From: Lingula anatina | Lineage: Eukaryota; Animalia; Brachiopoda | Length of the DNA stretch: 64,000 nucleotides | Direction of reading: 5' to 3' | Assembly: GCA_051362555.1 (NCBI GenBank) | Contig: CM120644.1 | Coordinates: forward strand, 22,590,534 to 22,654,533 | Shown: one piece after another, positions 52,822 to 64,000 of the stretch | How the letters are laid out: each line of letters starts with the position of its first letter | Position numbering within the stretch: position 1 is the first letter of the stretch | Notes under the pieces: generated by a model | The model's input: only the letters and a program-made list of their open reading frames with translations | What the model was told of the DNA's origin: nothing | The model's database searches: none | Made by a program: the position numbers and the translations under genes

Positions 52822-55800
52822 GGAGTGAGAGGAGAGAAAAACAGCACAGTATAATTACTGAGAAAGGGGTCTGTTTCAATACAGAAATATAACCTGTGTA
52901 AAACCATCTGCTTGTTTCAACACAGGACTTTAATGAAAAAAGGCAACTTGTATTTTACCTATCTTTGAGTAAATTAAAATGCCAATATTCCAATTTTTTG
53001 CACCTGTTCAACTTCCACACAAAATCCATCATAAAAGTTAAAAGCCCCTAGAAACTATAACCTTAGTTTCCCCAGAACACTGAAGGTAAGCAATCCCAAC
53101 TCCAGAAGTTAAATATTTATCTGGTGACCTGGGAAAATCATTTACTCTGTAAAGCAGAAGGCTTTCTTTTTTCACTATAAAAATATCCGGAAGTCCAAGC
53201 AGAGCAAGCAGAAGGTAAATATTTGGACATTTTTATCCTGAAGCTCCTGGAGTGCAGGCAAGACAGACATCTGCGTGAAACTGAGGCTTCCTTCGTTTAA
53301 GTTAAACAGAAAAATTTCCATCAGTTTAGAACTTGCGAAGAACTTCATCAATTGTGTTATGCTCTAAAAGTTACAATTATATAATAGATTTTTAAAAACG
53401 ATGAATTTCTGTATGTTGTTTGAAATATCTACAGTATTATAAATTGAAATTTTCAGTTGTGAACTGGCTAATAAATGGTTGAGTGAACTCTTGCTGTGTA
53501 AACTCCTACTTCACGTAACTTGATGGCATGGTGGTGAACAGTCACATCTGATTTCAATTATGTCAAAAATAATTCCTTCATTTTGCGAAGTAGCTGAAGT
53601 ACCATGTTTTGTATCTTTCCAATTTCACCTTACGTATTAAGACAGAAACCAATCAAATTATTAACTCCCAGTTTAAAGCCAGCTAGCTTACTCTGATATC
53701 CCAAGTACTTGAGCCTCAGAGTAAACCAGGCTAATTGAAAACTTAATTTACAAGCCAAACATTCTGGGGTACAGAATTGTAATCCCTGATAAGGGGCATC
53801 TTCACCAAAGATTCAGAGTGCTGCAGATACTCCTGAAAGCCACTCTGTCTGCTATCTGCATTTTTTTCTAAGTTGCAGAATTTCACTACTTCTGCCAGAA
53901 GAAGAAAGTTATGTTTGCAGCAACACTAGTTTATCTTTTTCTTTTCTTTTTTTCTTTTTTTTTTTTATTAGACAAGATATCTTTAACAGTACTCCACAAA
54001 TTTTGATGACATTTCAAGACAGTTATTCTAAGGGGATTAGGATTAGTACAATATCAACTGAATTTATTCTTATACTTAATGATAACTGACATTTTGCCCT
54101 GACAAAGATCTGCACACTAAAGGTGCTCTCCACCTTCATATCATAATCAACTTTAAAATTCTATTTCGTACTTTTCAAAAAACTTAATATATAAAAATTC
54201 ATTCTCAGTTACATTATACAACCATCCATCGTACAACATCTACAGGAATTCAATAAATTCTCTCAGACACAAACTAAAAATGAAATCATCATAAATACAC
54301 TTTAATACAGGACAAATCGATCCATATTACGTGAATCACAACTCTAAAAACACGCACTGAAGTAGTGTACACAGATATTGTAGTGTGTTTATTCAGTGCG
54401 GCTAGCTGGGTTTATTAACGTTCACAGAGACAGGAAATACTCATGTATGAAATCTAAAGTGCTCTCGATGCCTGCAGCCTTCCGCCAATGTTTGTCAAGA
54501 TGAGATAATGCCATACAATTATTGCAAAATTCATGGCAGCGTTCTGAACACTTCTCGAATTCTCTATGTTGATTGCGAATGCCTGCTGTTGCTCACTATT
54601 TGCATCTTTTTGCATGACTATAATTTTGCGAAAGCTACTGGAACAAAAACAGGCTACTGTATTTATAAATATACAGGTAACAGATGTCATGTTTGTATAA
54701 TTATGTACAACAGAAATTCAAAGTTTTGAGAGAACTCACCAAAGTCTTTGTCCTTGATTTTATTATTGATTTAAAAGACATGAAAGTTTTTTAAGGTGTC
54801 ATTGGTTAAAATTGCTGACTGCAATTAGTCAAAGTTGATTTATTAAGATGCTAACGTGTATACTCTGCAATGTGTCAGATGAACTGCTGCTGAGCTGACA
54901 ACTGATGTATATGTCATTGTCTATGACATTACTCGGGCTGATCTAGAACTGGTTTTACTTGTTCGCCAAATTACATCAGACAGTTACCATAGACTAATAT
55001 TGACCACCACAAGGACTAGGTTTCCATACCTAGATTGATCTAATAGGATCGATCCATATCCGAGGGGTTTCTCGCTAAATTGCTTTCAGCTTAAGCAGCT
55101 TAGATGTCTGACACGCCTACTGAGGCTGCTAAACAATACTAAATTACCCCTTACCAGTAGCAGCTTCAGTAGGCTTGACAGACATTTAAGCTGCTTAAGT
55201 TGATTGTTATTTAGTGAAAATCCCCTCAGAGATGGGTCAATCCTGCTGAAACCCGGTCTAATATTGAATACCACAAACACACCACCTCACACAGTGCTAC
55301 ACAAGACCCTCCATCCCTTTTATCTCGGCCCGTTCTCCCCAGGGACTCTAGATTAAACTGCTGGCTGCTCACCCCATCAACTACAATAAAATATGAATCA
55401 TAGCTTGTCAAATCCAATCAGAGAATTCTCTTACGTCTGCCTGAGCAAATAGCGCGAAGTGGAAATCAATATGGCTAACAGGGGATATCACTGATGACAG
55501 GACAAGTACGCAACATCTCCAGCTTAACTATTCATATTCTAGTGAAGTCGGCCGAGTAGTGCTTGTACTAATTCGTCTTATTTTAATTGATTGCTTTTAA
55601 TTTTGGATGATAACAGTGAAAGTGATTTTGTTCATGTTTCCTTGAATTATCAAACAGTTGGTGAATAATTAAGACTTATTTTCAAATGGTGTGATCTGTT
55701 TACCAACATCATGTGCACATGTTCACGTTTGATTGTCATATTCAATATTGTGAACTATTATTCAATGCCAAATGACTGTAGCAATAAATTCCAACTTCTC

Positions 55801-58800
55801 TTCTCTTCTCTACACCCCACCATATCCCTCTCTTATAAGCACCCTTCTTTCACTTTTTTTTCTTTATTCCCTCAATTTCTCTCTTTCTCCCCCTCCCCTC
55901 TCTCTCTCTCTCCCTCTCTCTGTCTCCCCCTCTCTCTCTTTTCACTCAGTCTCTTTCTCTTCATCTCCCTATCCAGGCTTGTAGCCAGCAATTTCAAAAG
56001 GGGGGTTCTTTTTCTAAAAAGTGGACCCATTTCCATAAAAACTTCATGTACCTAGATCAAATTTTACCCAGAGTAGGCCTTTTCATAGCAAAAGGGTCAA
56101 TTCTTTCGAACCTCCCCCCCCCCTCCCCCCCCGGCTACGGGTCTGCTATCTCTCTCTCTCTTATACTCAATGTTAAAACAATCCTCCTTAAATCAGATAT
56201 AAATTTCTACAAAGTCATATATCTGCCCAGTAACCATCCCTGCAGCTGAGTCACCAATTAATGTTAATGCAATTTACTTGAGAACTTCACACCCAGCACT
56301 GTCCAGTGACAATGTAGATGATTATCATCAAACATCAGGAACTCTGCAGGATTCAGAGCTCTGATTAACTGACTTAGGTATGACTATGATGAATTTAATG
56401 CAATCAATCTATATTGACAGTGGTCTTTAGAGCCACTTTAATTACTTATCTTAGATAATTAACAGTTTTCTTTAATGAGTATAATTTGTTTACTGGTGTA
56501 TACTGTAATGCAAACAATGGTTAATTTTTTTTAACAGCTTCATTTGTCATATATCATAACTGGTGCATTCTGAACTTCTTTTTCTAAATATTAATTCAAA
56601 TGAAATACTTCTACATAAATAATTAAAAAAAATATTACTAGTACTAAAAAATCATACACTGAGTTTAGTGCTCATTTCATCTTACAGTCTGTGCTTTATC
56701 TTTTTAGTTTTTTCTTTTTTTTTAATATAAATTAACAAGTATCTGCTTTGCCAGTTATATATCAGTATCTTTTCCAAGTCTAAAAATATTTCAAAGATCT
56801 GCCTTCTTTTTTTATTCAATCCATACATCCCCTTCTTCAATACTTTCAACAGCCAACATTCACAAGATTCTCGCACAGTGAATTAAAGGTCAATTCTACC
56901 CGTGAAATACCATTGGGACCGTAATCAACATGGCCTTTTAGTGGCGCTGATGATCCCAGTAATTCTCCAATCTCTCTGATAACGCGCTACTGTAAATAGA
57001 CTGCCAGGCAGCCGACAGAAAAGATTGAATTTGAACATCTCTGAGCTCAGTGAGGCAAGAGACATATCAGTCTAACAGAACCAATCATGGTAAGCCGATG
57101 CTCACTGATATTTTAATAGTCTGGGATATTGGACGTAACCTTTAGGATTTCTATAGAAGGATCAAAATGATGAAATTAATCACAATATCTGAATATAAAT
57201 CTGTACAAAGAATTTGATGCAGAGCCATTTTGCTTTGGACGGAAAAATAAGATCATCATGTATTTTTTTTTTTTTTTTTTTTTTGAAAATAAGTGCCCGG
57301 TTCATGCCTATTTCTTATACATCTTCAGCTGATCTTGATGTTTCCAGTTTTCCACTAATGGCCAATTTGCTCAATGCTGTAACCTTTAATTGCTCAATGT
57401 CAGATTAAATGGAACGAGGTTCCTGTAAGTGAGAAGTCAAAGATGATTGAGTTATGTGTGGAGTTAATTAAATGTACCATCTGGTTCCCCTAGTTGACAA
57501 GGAACTAGGCACGGAGGATACATTTTAAGATCTAAACTCATTTATTACTTCCATCAGAGGGGTGCACTTACCCACTACAGTTAAAAACAGATAAGACTAA
57601 AAGGTAGACTGGCAGTTTATACATTACATCTACCATGGAAAGTTGAATAAGTTGGTTTAATAACTTCATATAACAGTTACACTAATAGCAGAAGTAGACT
57701 GCAAAGACAGAGAAAGGCAGTTTAGTGATGTGTAATTTATAAGTAATTAGTTTAAGTACAAAAAAGCCCAGATGCAACATCAGTTTCTTATAAATATCTC
57801 CTTCAGTTAAAACTAGTCCCTTTACGAACAGGTCTCAATATTTCATTGTCAGAGTAGTCACCTTTAACTGACACCAATTTTCAAATCTATTTCAAAATAT
57901 GCACAAGTTCCACTTGGGTAAACTCTCAGCTCTATACTGCAGTCAGCGTGTGTATAAATGACTTGTGGGGGTAATTTGCCACCAATTATATCTGCAGTTT
58001 TGAATTAAATACAGCTGTTCATGACTTCAGGGCTAAAAGTTTATTACAGATTTTGTCTCTCTTGGTTTTAATTGCTTTTTTTTTCTTAAAAAAGAAAATG
58101 TTATTATTTAAAGACAATAAAGAGAAGTCATTCTTCAGACAGTTCAGTTTTACTGTGAAAGTGTCTCCATCTTGAAACCTACATGCATGTTTTCAAACCA
58201 CAGGAAGATAATATTGATTCAAGGAAAATAATTCCATCACATTCATACTCTGAGAAGAAACTGATGGAAATAAAAATGACCAAAAAAAAAGGAGGGTGAA
58301 CACTGTGTGAAAGATCTTAATGAGAGAAGAAAACTTGTTTAAACTCCTCTATTCAGGCTCAAAATCTATCTTACTAGTATTTCTATGGATTGACACACAT
58401 AAGAAGTTTCCTTTCCTACAGACAGTGTCCTAAGAAGAGAAGTTATAACTTCTAGCCACCAGCAACATATTTCCCATGCTTAACACAAGTTCAGCAACCA
58501 CAAAACAATCCTAGACAATGCCAGCAAGCTAGGTGCTACAAGGACTTTCAACCATTATAGAGAACTCTCGCAGTGCGAGCTGAGAAGACGTATTATTACC
58601 AACAAACAGCAGAGGAAAAAACACAAAACCTCAACGCACTCTCCACACAAAGGCAGCAAACCTGCATTGAGTGGTAAGAAAACATATTTGCCGAACCCTC
58701 TTGTTATTTCACAAGAACACACAAACAGCACACAAAGCTATCAGCCATGCAGCGTCGTGCCCAGAAGGGGGTGCCCATTTTTCTATATTATAAACTCTTG

Positions 58801-59442
58801 TTGGTTATGTTACACGGCAAGTAGTAGAAAGGCCTATGGGTTAGTTCACATTAAACTATCGTTCAATGTTATGTTGTATCCTGGCTTAAACTCTCACAAT
58901 ACAAGCTCTCTCCTTTCATAACTCTTTTTTTTTTTACACAGAAATTGTAAAATTTGAGGGATATATAGTCAAAAGAAACATTTCTAAATATCTCCTCCAA
59001 GTATGAATTTATGGAAGATTCTCTATAGACAGGATACCTAAGTATACATTATTTACTATATTTCAGCTTTGATGAGCTTTAAATGTATGCCAAATCACCA
59101 GTCAGACAGTTATGTCTACGCACAGGAGCACTCTTTTCAGTTTTAAGTGACTAAGCTGTTGATTGACTAAAGCAAGTTATTGTAAATGATGTCACAAGCA
59201 AGTGTCACAGGACATGCTTGTTAAAAAAAGGTGTTAGGCTCTCTTAGTCTTGATTTACTGATTGATATAACAGCATCAAATAAGACACTGCATGAGCAGC
59301 TGCAAACAAGTTTACTTCACATAGGCTGGAAAGGAAGGTTAAAAATCTTGATAATCCGGTTAAGCCTTCATAATTAAAAACTGTTGTTTTATATTTACAT
59401 GTATTTATATATACAGAGAAGCAAAACATTTAATTAAATGTG

Positions 59443-59488
<46 letters not shown>

Positions 59489-60542
59489 TTAATTACTTGA
59501 AAAAATCACAGCCTGTTCCAAATTAATTGGTCCTAGTACTGTACTTGTAACTTGTTCTTAAAAACATAATGCTAAGTGGTACTAGCACGTTGAGTGCCAT
59601 TACATAAATGCCACTTAATTAATTTTCCTCTCCGCTCAGTTAATTACTACAACAAATACTACGCAACTAAAAGCTTTCAAATGAGTAAAACAAGCAATAT
59701 AAGACAGAAAGACAAAATGCACTGCATTCACTTCTTGCCTTCCATAAATTATGAGTACTAGTATGTTCAGTAAAACTGTCTTTGTCTAGTATACAACTTT
59801 ATCAAAACTTGTGCGCCTGCCACCCCACCCACTCTTATTAATTATTAAGAGAAGAAAACTCAGAATAATATGATGACATTGATGGATAATTAAAATACTA
59901 GCACACAAATGGCTTCCAAAGCATTATATGAGATGAGCAAACTCATGTAGAAGAAATGCAAAATGCCATTAAAACTTTGAACTGAATGTTCTCCACTGTT
60001 GTAGTTTGTACTTGTATTAAAGTATTATGGTTGTATTTATTTGTGCGATAAAAATATGATTATCACTAATTACTAGCAATCTATTCACTTGTTTATATTA
60101 TCACAATTATTGCATTATGGTAGACTAGTCTGTTATAAATGCTTAAGTCTATTTCATCCATAACGGATCAAAGTACCAGTCGAGCGAGGACGTAGAATCT
60201 ACCATGCAAGCTATAATTTTAAAATGTTTATTTAAAATTAATTATGAACTTAAACCGATCAATCGTCGCTACAGTAGGAGACTTTTCAAAACCCAGCCCG
60301 CACACCATTCATATCAATATCTAACCCACATTTCCCCGGGAGATAAACGCGCCAAGTCCAGGACTCAGGGACAGGTGTTGTGGAAACACAGGTGTCTTGG
60401 GCAGGATGAGACAGGGACAACTTCAACGAGGATTAAACGGCTCGATCCACGGCCTACATCACTTACCTTGGTTTTCCGTGGTTTCTGTGCCTCCTTGAGT
60501 CACCAGAAGACACAGTAGCACCAGTGTATTAACAGTGGCCAT
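23748..60542 (-). CDS. mmd: ADAM-family disintegrin and metalloproteinase-domain protein, catalytically inactive (mind-meld/UNC-71, ADAM11/22/23-like), 24 coding exons, about 1410 aa
   Basis: Phase-consistent GT-AG exons: 60467-60542, 47037-47461, 44217-44290, 43364-43430, 37776-37858, 35873-35939, 35574-35625, 35282-35433, 32882-32953, 32215-32381, 31582-31663, 31217-31307, 30855-30906, 30166-30346, 29651-29746, 29344-29424, 28849-28963, 28360-28471, 27924-28046, 27243-27417, 26661-26865, 26032-26128, 25632-25763, 23748-25203. Domains in order: signal peptide, prodomain (HCYYHG, AVSTCNG), furin-type site KRVQR, M12B domain (KYIEL; HMIGHNLGLSHD; CIM Met-turn), disintegrin (CGN..VERGEECDCG; CREASNECDVPEFC), Cys-rich, EGF (CSGHG..CHCDTGWSGTNC), TM, long tail. 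The symbol is an orthology inference from recalled motifs. Confidence 0.92.
26032..26128 (-). CDS. ADAM exon 22 (transmembrane helix)
   Basis: LVIILVAVTGCVVVVLVLAMLCY followed by the basic RRK stop-transfer segment across the next junction. Confidence 0.92.
29110..29390. repeat. Three tandem copies of the 3' end of ADAM exon 16 plus adjacent intron
   Basis: CCTCTCCATGGA(T/C)ACC(A/T)TCA..AACT...GAACATCACAC at about 29129, 29237 and 29343, each preceded by GGTAACCA. Confidence 0.85.
30582..30749. mobile_element. hAT-like MITE with 5-bp TSD
   Basis: TIR CAGGGGCGGAT/ATCCGCCCCTG flanked by ATTAC on both sides; internal GGAAGACGGTCA repeats. Confidence 0.7.
31217..31307 (-). CDS. ADAM exon 12 (degenerate zinc-binding motif)
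   Basis: NPDFEQQHQVASTVAHMIGHNLGLSHDDNS; HExxH is changed to HMIGH. Confidence 0.95.
33070..35083 (-). mobile_element. Non-autonomous Helentron/HINE-like rolling-circle element with central tandem array
   Basis: The minus-strand 3' end reads ...CTAGTT with hairpin AGAGGCG-atac-CGCCTCT (33084-33101). Subterminal inverted repeat GTACCACCAGC at 33109-33119 and 35070-35080; terminal hairpin 35052-35081. The ends are shared with the copy at 36126-37569. Confidence 0.75.
33405..34300. repeat. Tandem array of about 6 monomers of about 146 bp inside the HINE-like element
   Basis: AAAAGTAGGTCAAAGGTCAATTTCAAGG recurs at about 33483, 33616, 33762, 33908, 34050 and 34196 (spacings 133,146,146,142,146). 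Confidence 0.9.
36126..37569 (-). mobile_element. Second, composite copy of the HINE-like element
   Basis: Same termini as 33070-35083. 37010-37569 is highly similar to 34550-35083. An extra internal terminus ends at about 36579, followed by 1-2 monomers. Confidence 0.75.
41364..41547. mobile_element. MITE family 2 copy
   Basis: TIRs GAGCGCATTCAGAA / TTCTGAATGTGCTC; shares the GTGGGTCGACCATATTTGATCC motif. Confidence 0.6.
43068..43868. repeat. Local direct duplications flanking ADAM exon 4
   Basis: 43068-43122 = 43244-43299; 43122-43248 is nearly identical to 43743-43868. Confidence 0.85.
47037..47461 (-). CDS. ADAM exon 2 (Thr/Ser/Pro-rich mucin-like segment plus start of prodomain)
   Basis: Acceptor tctcttctgtcttccag and donor AAG|gtattg. 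Open frame TTATTSDSTVTKAPPEVDT...YEIVFPEQIRHKKRIGISTRD. Confidence 0.85.
49564..49846. mobile_element. MITE family 2
   Basis: Imperfect TIRs CATTCAGAA..GATC..AAATATGGCCGACCC / GGCCATATTTGG..GATC..CTGAATGTGCTC. Relatives at 41364-41547 and 11787-11958, with fragments near 4970-5010 and 6238-6295. Confidence 0.6.
49856..50070. mobile_element. MITE family 1, second copy
   Basis: Reverse complement of 1274-1487, flanked by TTA on both sides. A degenerate relative lies near 55030-55245. Confidence 0.75.
55974..56145. mobile_element. hAT-like MITE with 5-bp TSD
   Basis: TIR CAGGCTTGTAGCC/GGCTACGGGTCTG flanked by CTATC on both sides. Confidence 0.65.
60467..60542 (-). CDS. ADAM exon 1 (signal peptide)
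   Basis: ATG GCC ACT...MATVNTLVLLCLLVTQGGTETTENQ G|gtaagt. Hydrophobic core; phase 1 matches the acceptor of exon 2 at 47461. Confidence 0.8.
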
Positions 60543-60552
60543 AGTTGGTCAC

Positions 60553-60576
60553 CTAAAAGAGTCGTTTTCTGGGCAT
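60553..60576 (-). promoter_or_regulatory. Candidate uORF (MPRKRLF*) immediately upstream of the ADAM start codon
   Basis: ATG CCC AGA AAA CGA CTC TTT TAG ends 10 nt before the ATG at 60542. Confidence 0.45.
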
Positions 60577-60990
60577 TTTGTGCTGTTAATCCATCACGTA
60601 TTGCGTCCGTCTTTCACGTCGTTTATTGTTGCCGCCGATGTCGTAAAGCTAGCTGAACGATTTAGTTTCGAATGATTTTGTAGCGTATTATTAAAACGAT
60701 AGTTTCGAATATCGCACCTGCTGCAATTTGCTCGGGAAATGCCTTGAGATGGATGTGGTGGTTATCACCGTAGCAATGAAAATCCACCCAGGAGGACCAC
60801 AATTTAAGAAAATGCTGAAGATAGAATTGTACTGGATCTGCGGGTATGAACACGAGAGTTAGCACGGAGTTTGCTAACTTAATATGACTTTGCACTGTTA
60901 CTACAGTTTACATTTTGATGCTGAGGCCGTGACGAAATTAGGTTTTTTTCCCCGCATCTATTTTTTTTTTTTTCAAATAAAATCAATTTT

Positions 60991-61023
<33 letters not shown>

Positions 61024-62723
61024 ATGACTGTTATATAATAACATGCTATCTGATGAACATTTCTGAAAGTTTCAATATAATATGAATATAATCACAATAT
61101 AATCACAAAGCGGCTAGGTTGAAAATAGCCGTCAAATATTTCTTAGTATTATCTGCAAAAAGACACAATTTTCTAGCCACATACAGCAGGTAGGTCAAAA
61201 GGTGGAAAATGCATGAAACTTGGCACAAATGTTCTTTGGACTATGCTGATCATTTTCAAGGGTAGTGCCCAAAATTTCAAAGCGTTGCTTAGCAACTGTT
61301 GCTAAGGAAGTGATTTCACTCAGTAACAAGCTAATTGGACCTTTCTTGTTCAGTTTAAATGATTTAAAAAGGCTTTTAATAATGTTTCAAGCCATCAGAA
61401 CTGTCACTATACTATTTTAAGACATTAAAAACCCAAGTAAACCATTGCAACAGTTGCTAGGCAGCATATTACCCTAGCAACAAGTATTTAACATTATATA
61501 TTTAATAATATATATACAGATATCTCTGTAGCATTTTACATATCCTCCAGTTCCTTCCAATCTTTTTTGTTCCCATTCTACATATACTAACATGTTTCTT
61601 AATTATTAAGATAGGTTCATAAATAGTGTATGCTTGCACAAACCCAAATACAAATATCTCCGGAGATCTATCAATGACCACACCTAAATTATCTTTAGCA
61701 GGGCAAATGATGCACATCCAAACATTTTTTACATGTGGACAATCCCCCAAAACGTACAGAATATTTTCCCTAGCAGTACTGCAAAATTTTCAAATTCATA
61801 AGATAAGCATTAGTATTGAATATTCTATGATTTATTCTGAATTGGAGCGACTTCAGTTTCGTGTGATCTGTATCTTAAATGTTAGTTCCCAATTATCAGT
61901 ACTCAAGTTTTTTTTTAATATGTCTGCCATTTACCTATACCTTTATCTGGTGATATTATATGGCTATGGAGGATTTTTTGTGAAAAAAAATATCTGGATG
62001 GTTTGGTAACTTGTTTAATTGAGTCAATTATTTCTTGGAATGCTATGTGTAATTTCCTTCAAAGGGAAGAGATAGCCATTCAGATGAAAGGCCTTTTGTA
62101 TTCTGAATTAGCCCAGAAAGTTAGTGTTAAGGTTGATTTCTTGTTGAGTTCCTCTGAGAGAGGGGATTTCAAATGTCATTTATAATATCATTGATGTAAA
62201 ATAAACCATTTTTACACCATCTTTTATGGAAAATAGTTTTTCAGTTTCTTTCAGTTTTTGAGTTTTGACATAATGGTTGTGATGAGATTTCATCTGGGGC
62301 AAAATTGGGATTTTCCTGAATTTCACTCAAAGAACCAATAATTTTTGCCAAAAGGGATTAGAAGTTGCTTTGAGTATTTTTAATCCACCTTTTGTTACTA
62401 CCGATTCCTGACATTTCGCCGAGAAAAATGCTTTCCACTTTTATTTTCTTCATAAAGAAGTCTTTTAAGCCATATAAAGTTTAGGGCCTTGGTAAACATT
62501 TTATTTGCGGTACCTTTTACTGTCCATTTTTGTAATCAGACGCAATCCTTGCTCATTTTATTTTGTATCTTTTCCCATTCCTGATAAATATGATATGCAT
62601 ATTTTTAAGTATTGAGGGAGGGGGGTGGGGGTGCTGGTAGGAGAGTTTATACATGCACTAAGATGAGAGATAGTAAAGGTTTAACCACTGTTGATTTTCC
62701 TATTATTGAAAGGTTTCTCAGAG

Positions 62724-62930
62724 ACCAGGGCCGGCTTTCACGAAACGTTTCGCAGTTTGCGCAATTGCGCAAAGTCCCTTTTTGCGAACAGACCCTTTCA
62801 CGAACGTTTCGCAATGTAATTTTGCGCAAAATATTGCGCTATTTGCGCAAGATATTTGGTACAGGTCGGACCCTGTCGCTAAGACTTTTCGCAAGCGTAC
62901 TTTGGCGTTTGCGTTGCTTTTCTTGTCGTT
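62724..62930. repeat. CpG-rich palindrome-rich segment, probable DNA-transposon end
   Basis: CTTTCACGAA(A)CGTTTCGCA occurs twice with many TTGCGCAA palindromes; no partner end was found. Confidence 0.35.
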
Positions 62931-64000
62931 CGAAACGAAAATAGGCGAATTTACATGTACCCGGTGTACCTAATTACCGTGTACAACCGAGCACAACCGA
63001 CCACTACCGTCCACAAGCACTAATATTACCGTCGGCACAACAGTCCACAAGCAATAAATACCGTCCACAAGCGTCCTCCCATATGAAAGAAGTGTAAAAT
63101 CAGATAATAGTTAGAAATGTAACATAAAATGATGCTTTATTGGAAAAAAAATGTAATGAACGCGTGTCTGTAGACGTTTTCAAGACGGTGAACCAGACTC
63201 GATTGTCTCATTTGTTGCATTGAAAACCACGTAAAACGATGTTTACTATTGTATACTAGTCTTCCAAAATGAAAAAAAAAGGAAAAAAAAAAAACGTTCA
63301 TAAGTATACAGTAAACATCGATATAGCCAGGTTGCCTTTAGATTCAACAAGCGTTCAACGGTACAGTCGAGCGTGCGGAAAACGGACTCTGCACTGAATG
63401 CGGTTATTTCTATAAATAAAGTTTATATAACTATCAGTCATTTTTGTCTGTCAAAGTCCATGGTTTTACCCTACTCCGTTTTTAGAATAATTGAATGAAG
63501 GGCGACCATAAGCATACAGAAAAATCAGATGTAAAATAAAACAATTGTTTATTGACAATTCACGCCCGACTATGCATACCAATAGCATTAGTCGGCGTTA
63601 CTTTTCTGTCAAAACCTGGTTAATTTTCTAATATGTGAAAACTTTGGGACGGGAGTAAATATCTTGTTGAAATGTTGTTTATTAGCCAAAATATAACCAG
63701 AAATTTTGTAAGATGTTTTATTTAATAACTCTAGCATCACTTATGCTATTTATATATCCAAATGTAGTGTTGGAATTTGATTAAATAGCAGTGCTCTTAT
63801 ATGGCAGTGTTATCTTGATGAAGGAAGAAATTAGTAATAACAATATCAGTATTTAAATGAAAAGATGGGCACAGGTGTTCATAAGATCAAAGATAATGGG
63901 ATAATTATAATGTTTGCAACCCAAGTTTCCGAATAAAAGCAAGTGCAAGTGTATCCATCACTCTAACCATGTCTGGAAAGCAAGGTGGACCGATTATTCT

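Overview
AT-rich eukaryotic (spliceosomal GT-AG intron) animal genomic DNA. Lophotrochozoan/mollusc-like by repeat content, which is inference only. Two minus-strand gene systems fill the window. (1) At 2.5-19.3 kb lie three tandem paralogs (A, B, C) of an unrecognised secreted protein of about 275 aa. Each has 4 coding exons, including a 17-nt ATG exon, and a fourth copy probably lies left of the window. (2) At 23.7-60.5 kb lies a complete 24-exon ADAM gene (about 1410 aa by my exon assembly) of the non-catalytic mind-meld/UNC-71/ADAM11-22-23-like type, with zinc motif HMIGHNLGLSHD. It has a mucin-like insert, a candidate 15-nt microexon, duplicated exon ends and a long disordered tail. Introns and intergenic DNA carry Helentron/HINE-like elements with a 146-bp tandem array rich in AGGTCA DR1 motifs, several MITE families, a Tc1 transposase fossil and microsatellites. 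All exon models were built by eye from splice signals and phase consistency. No database search was run.
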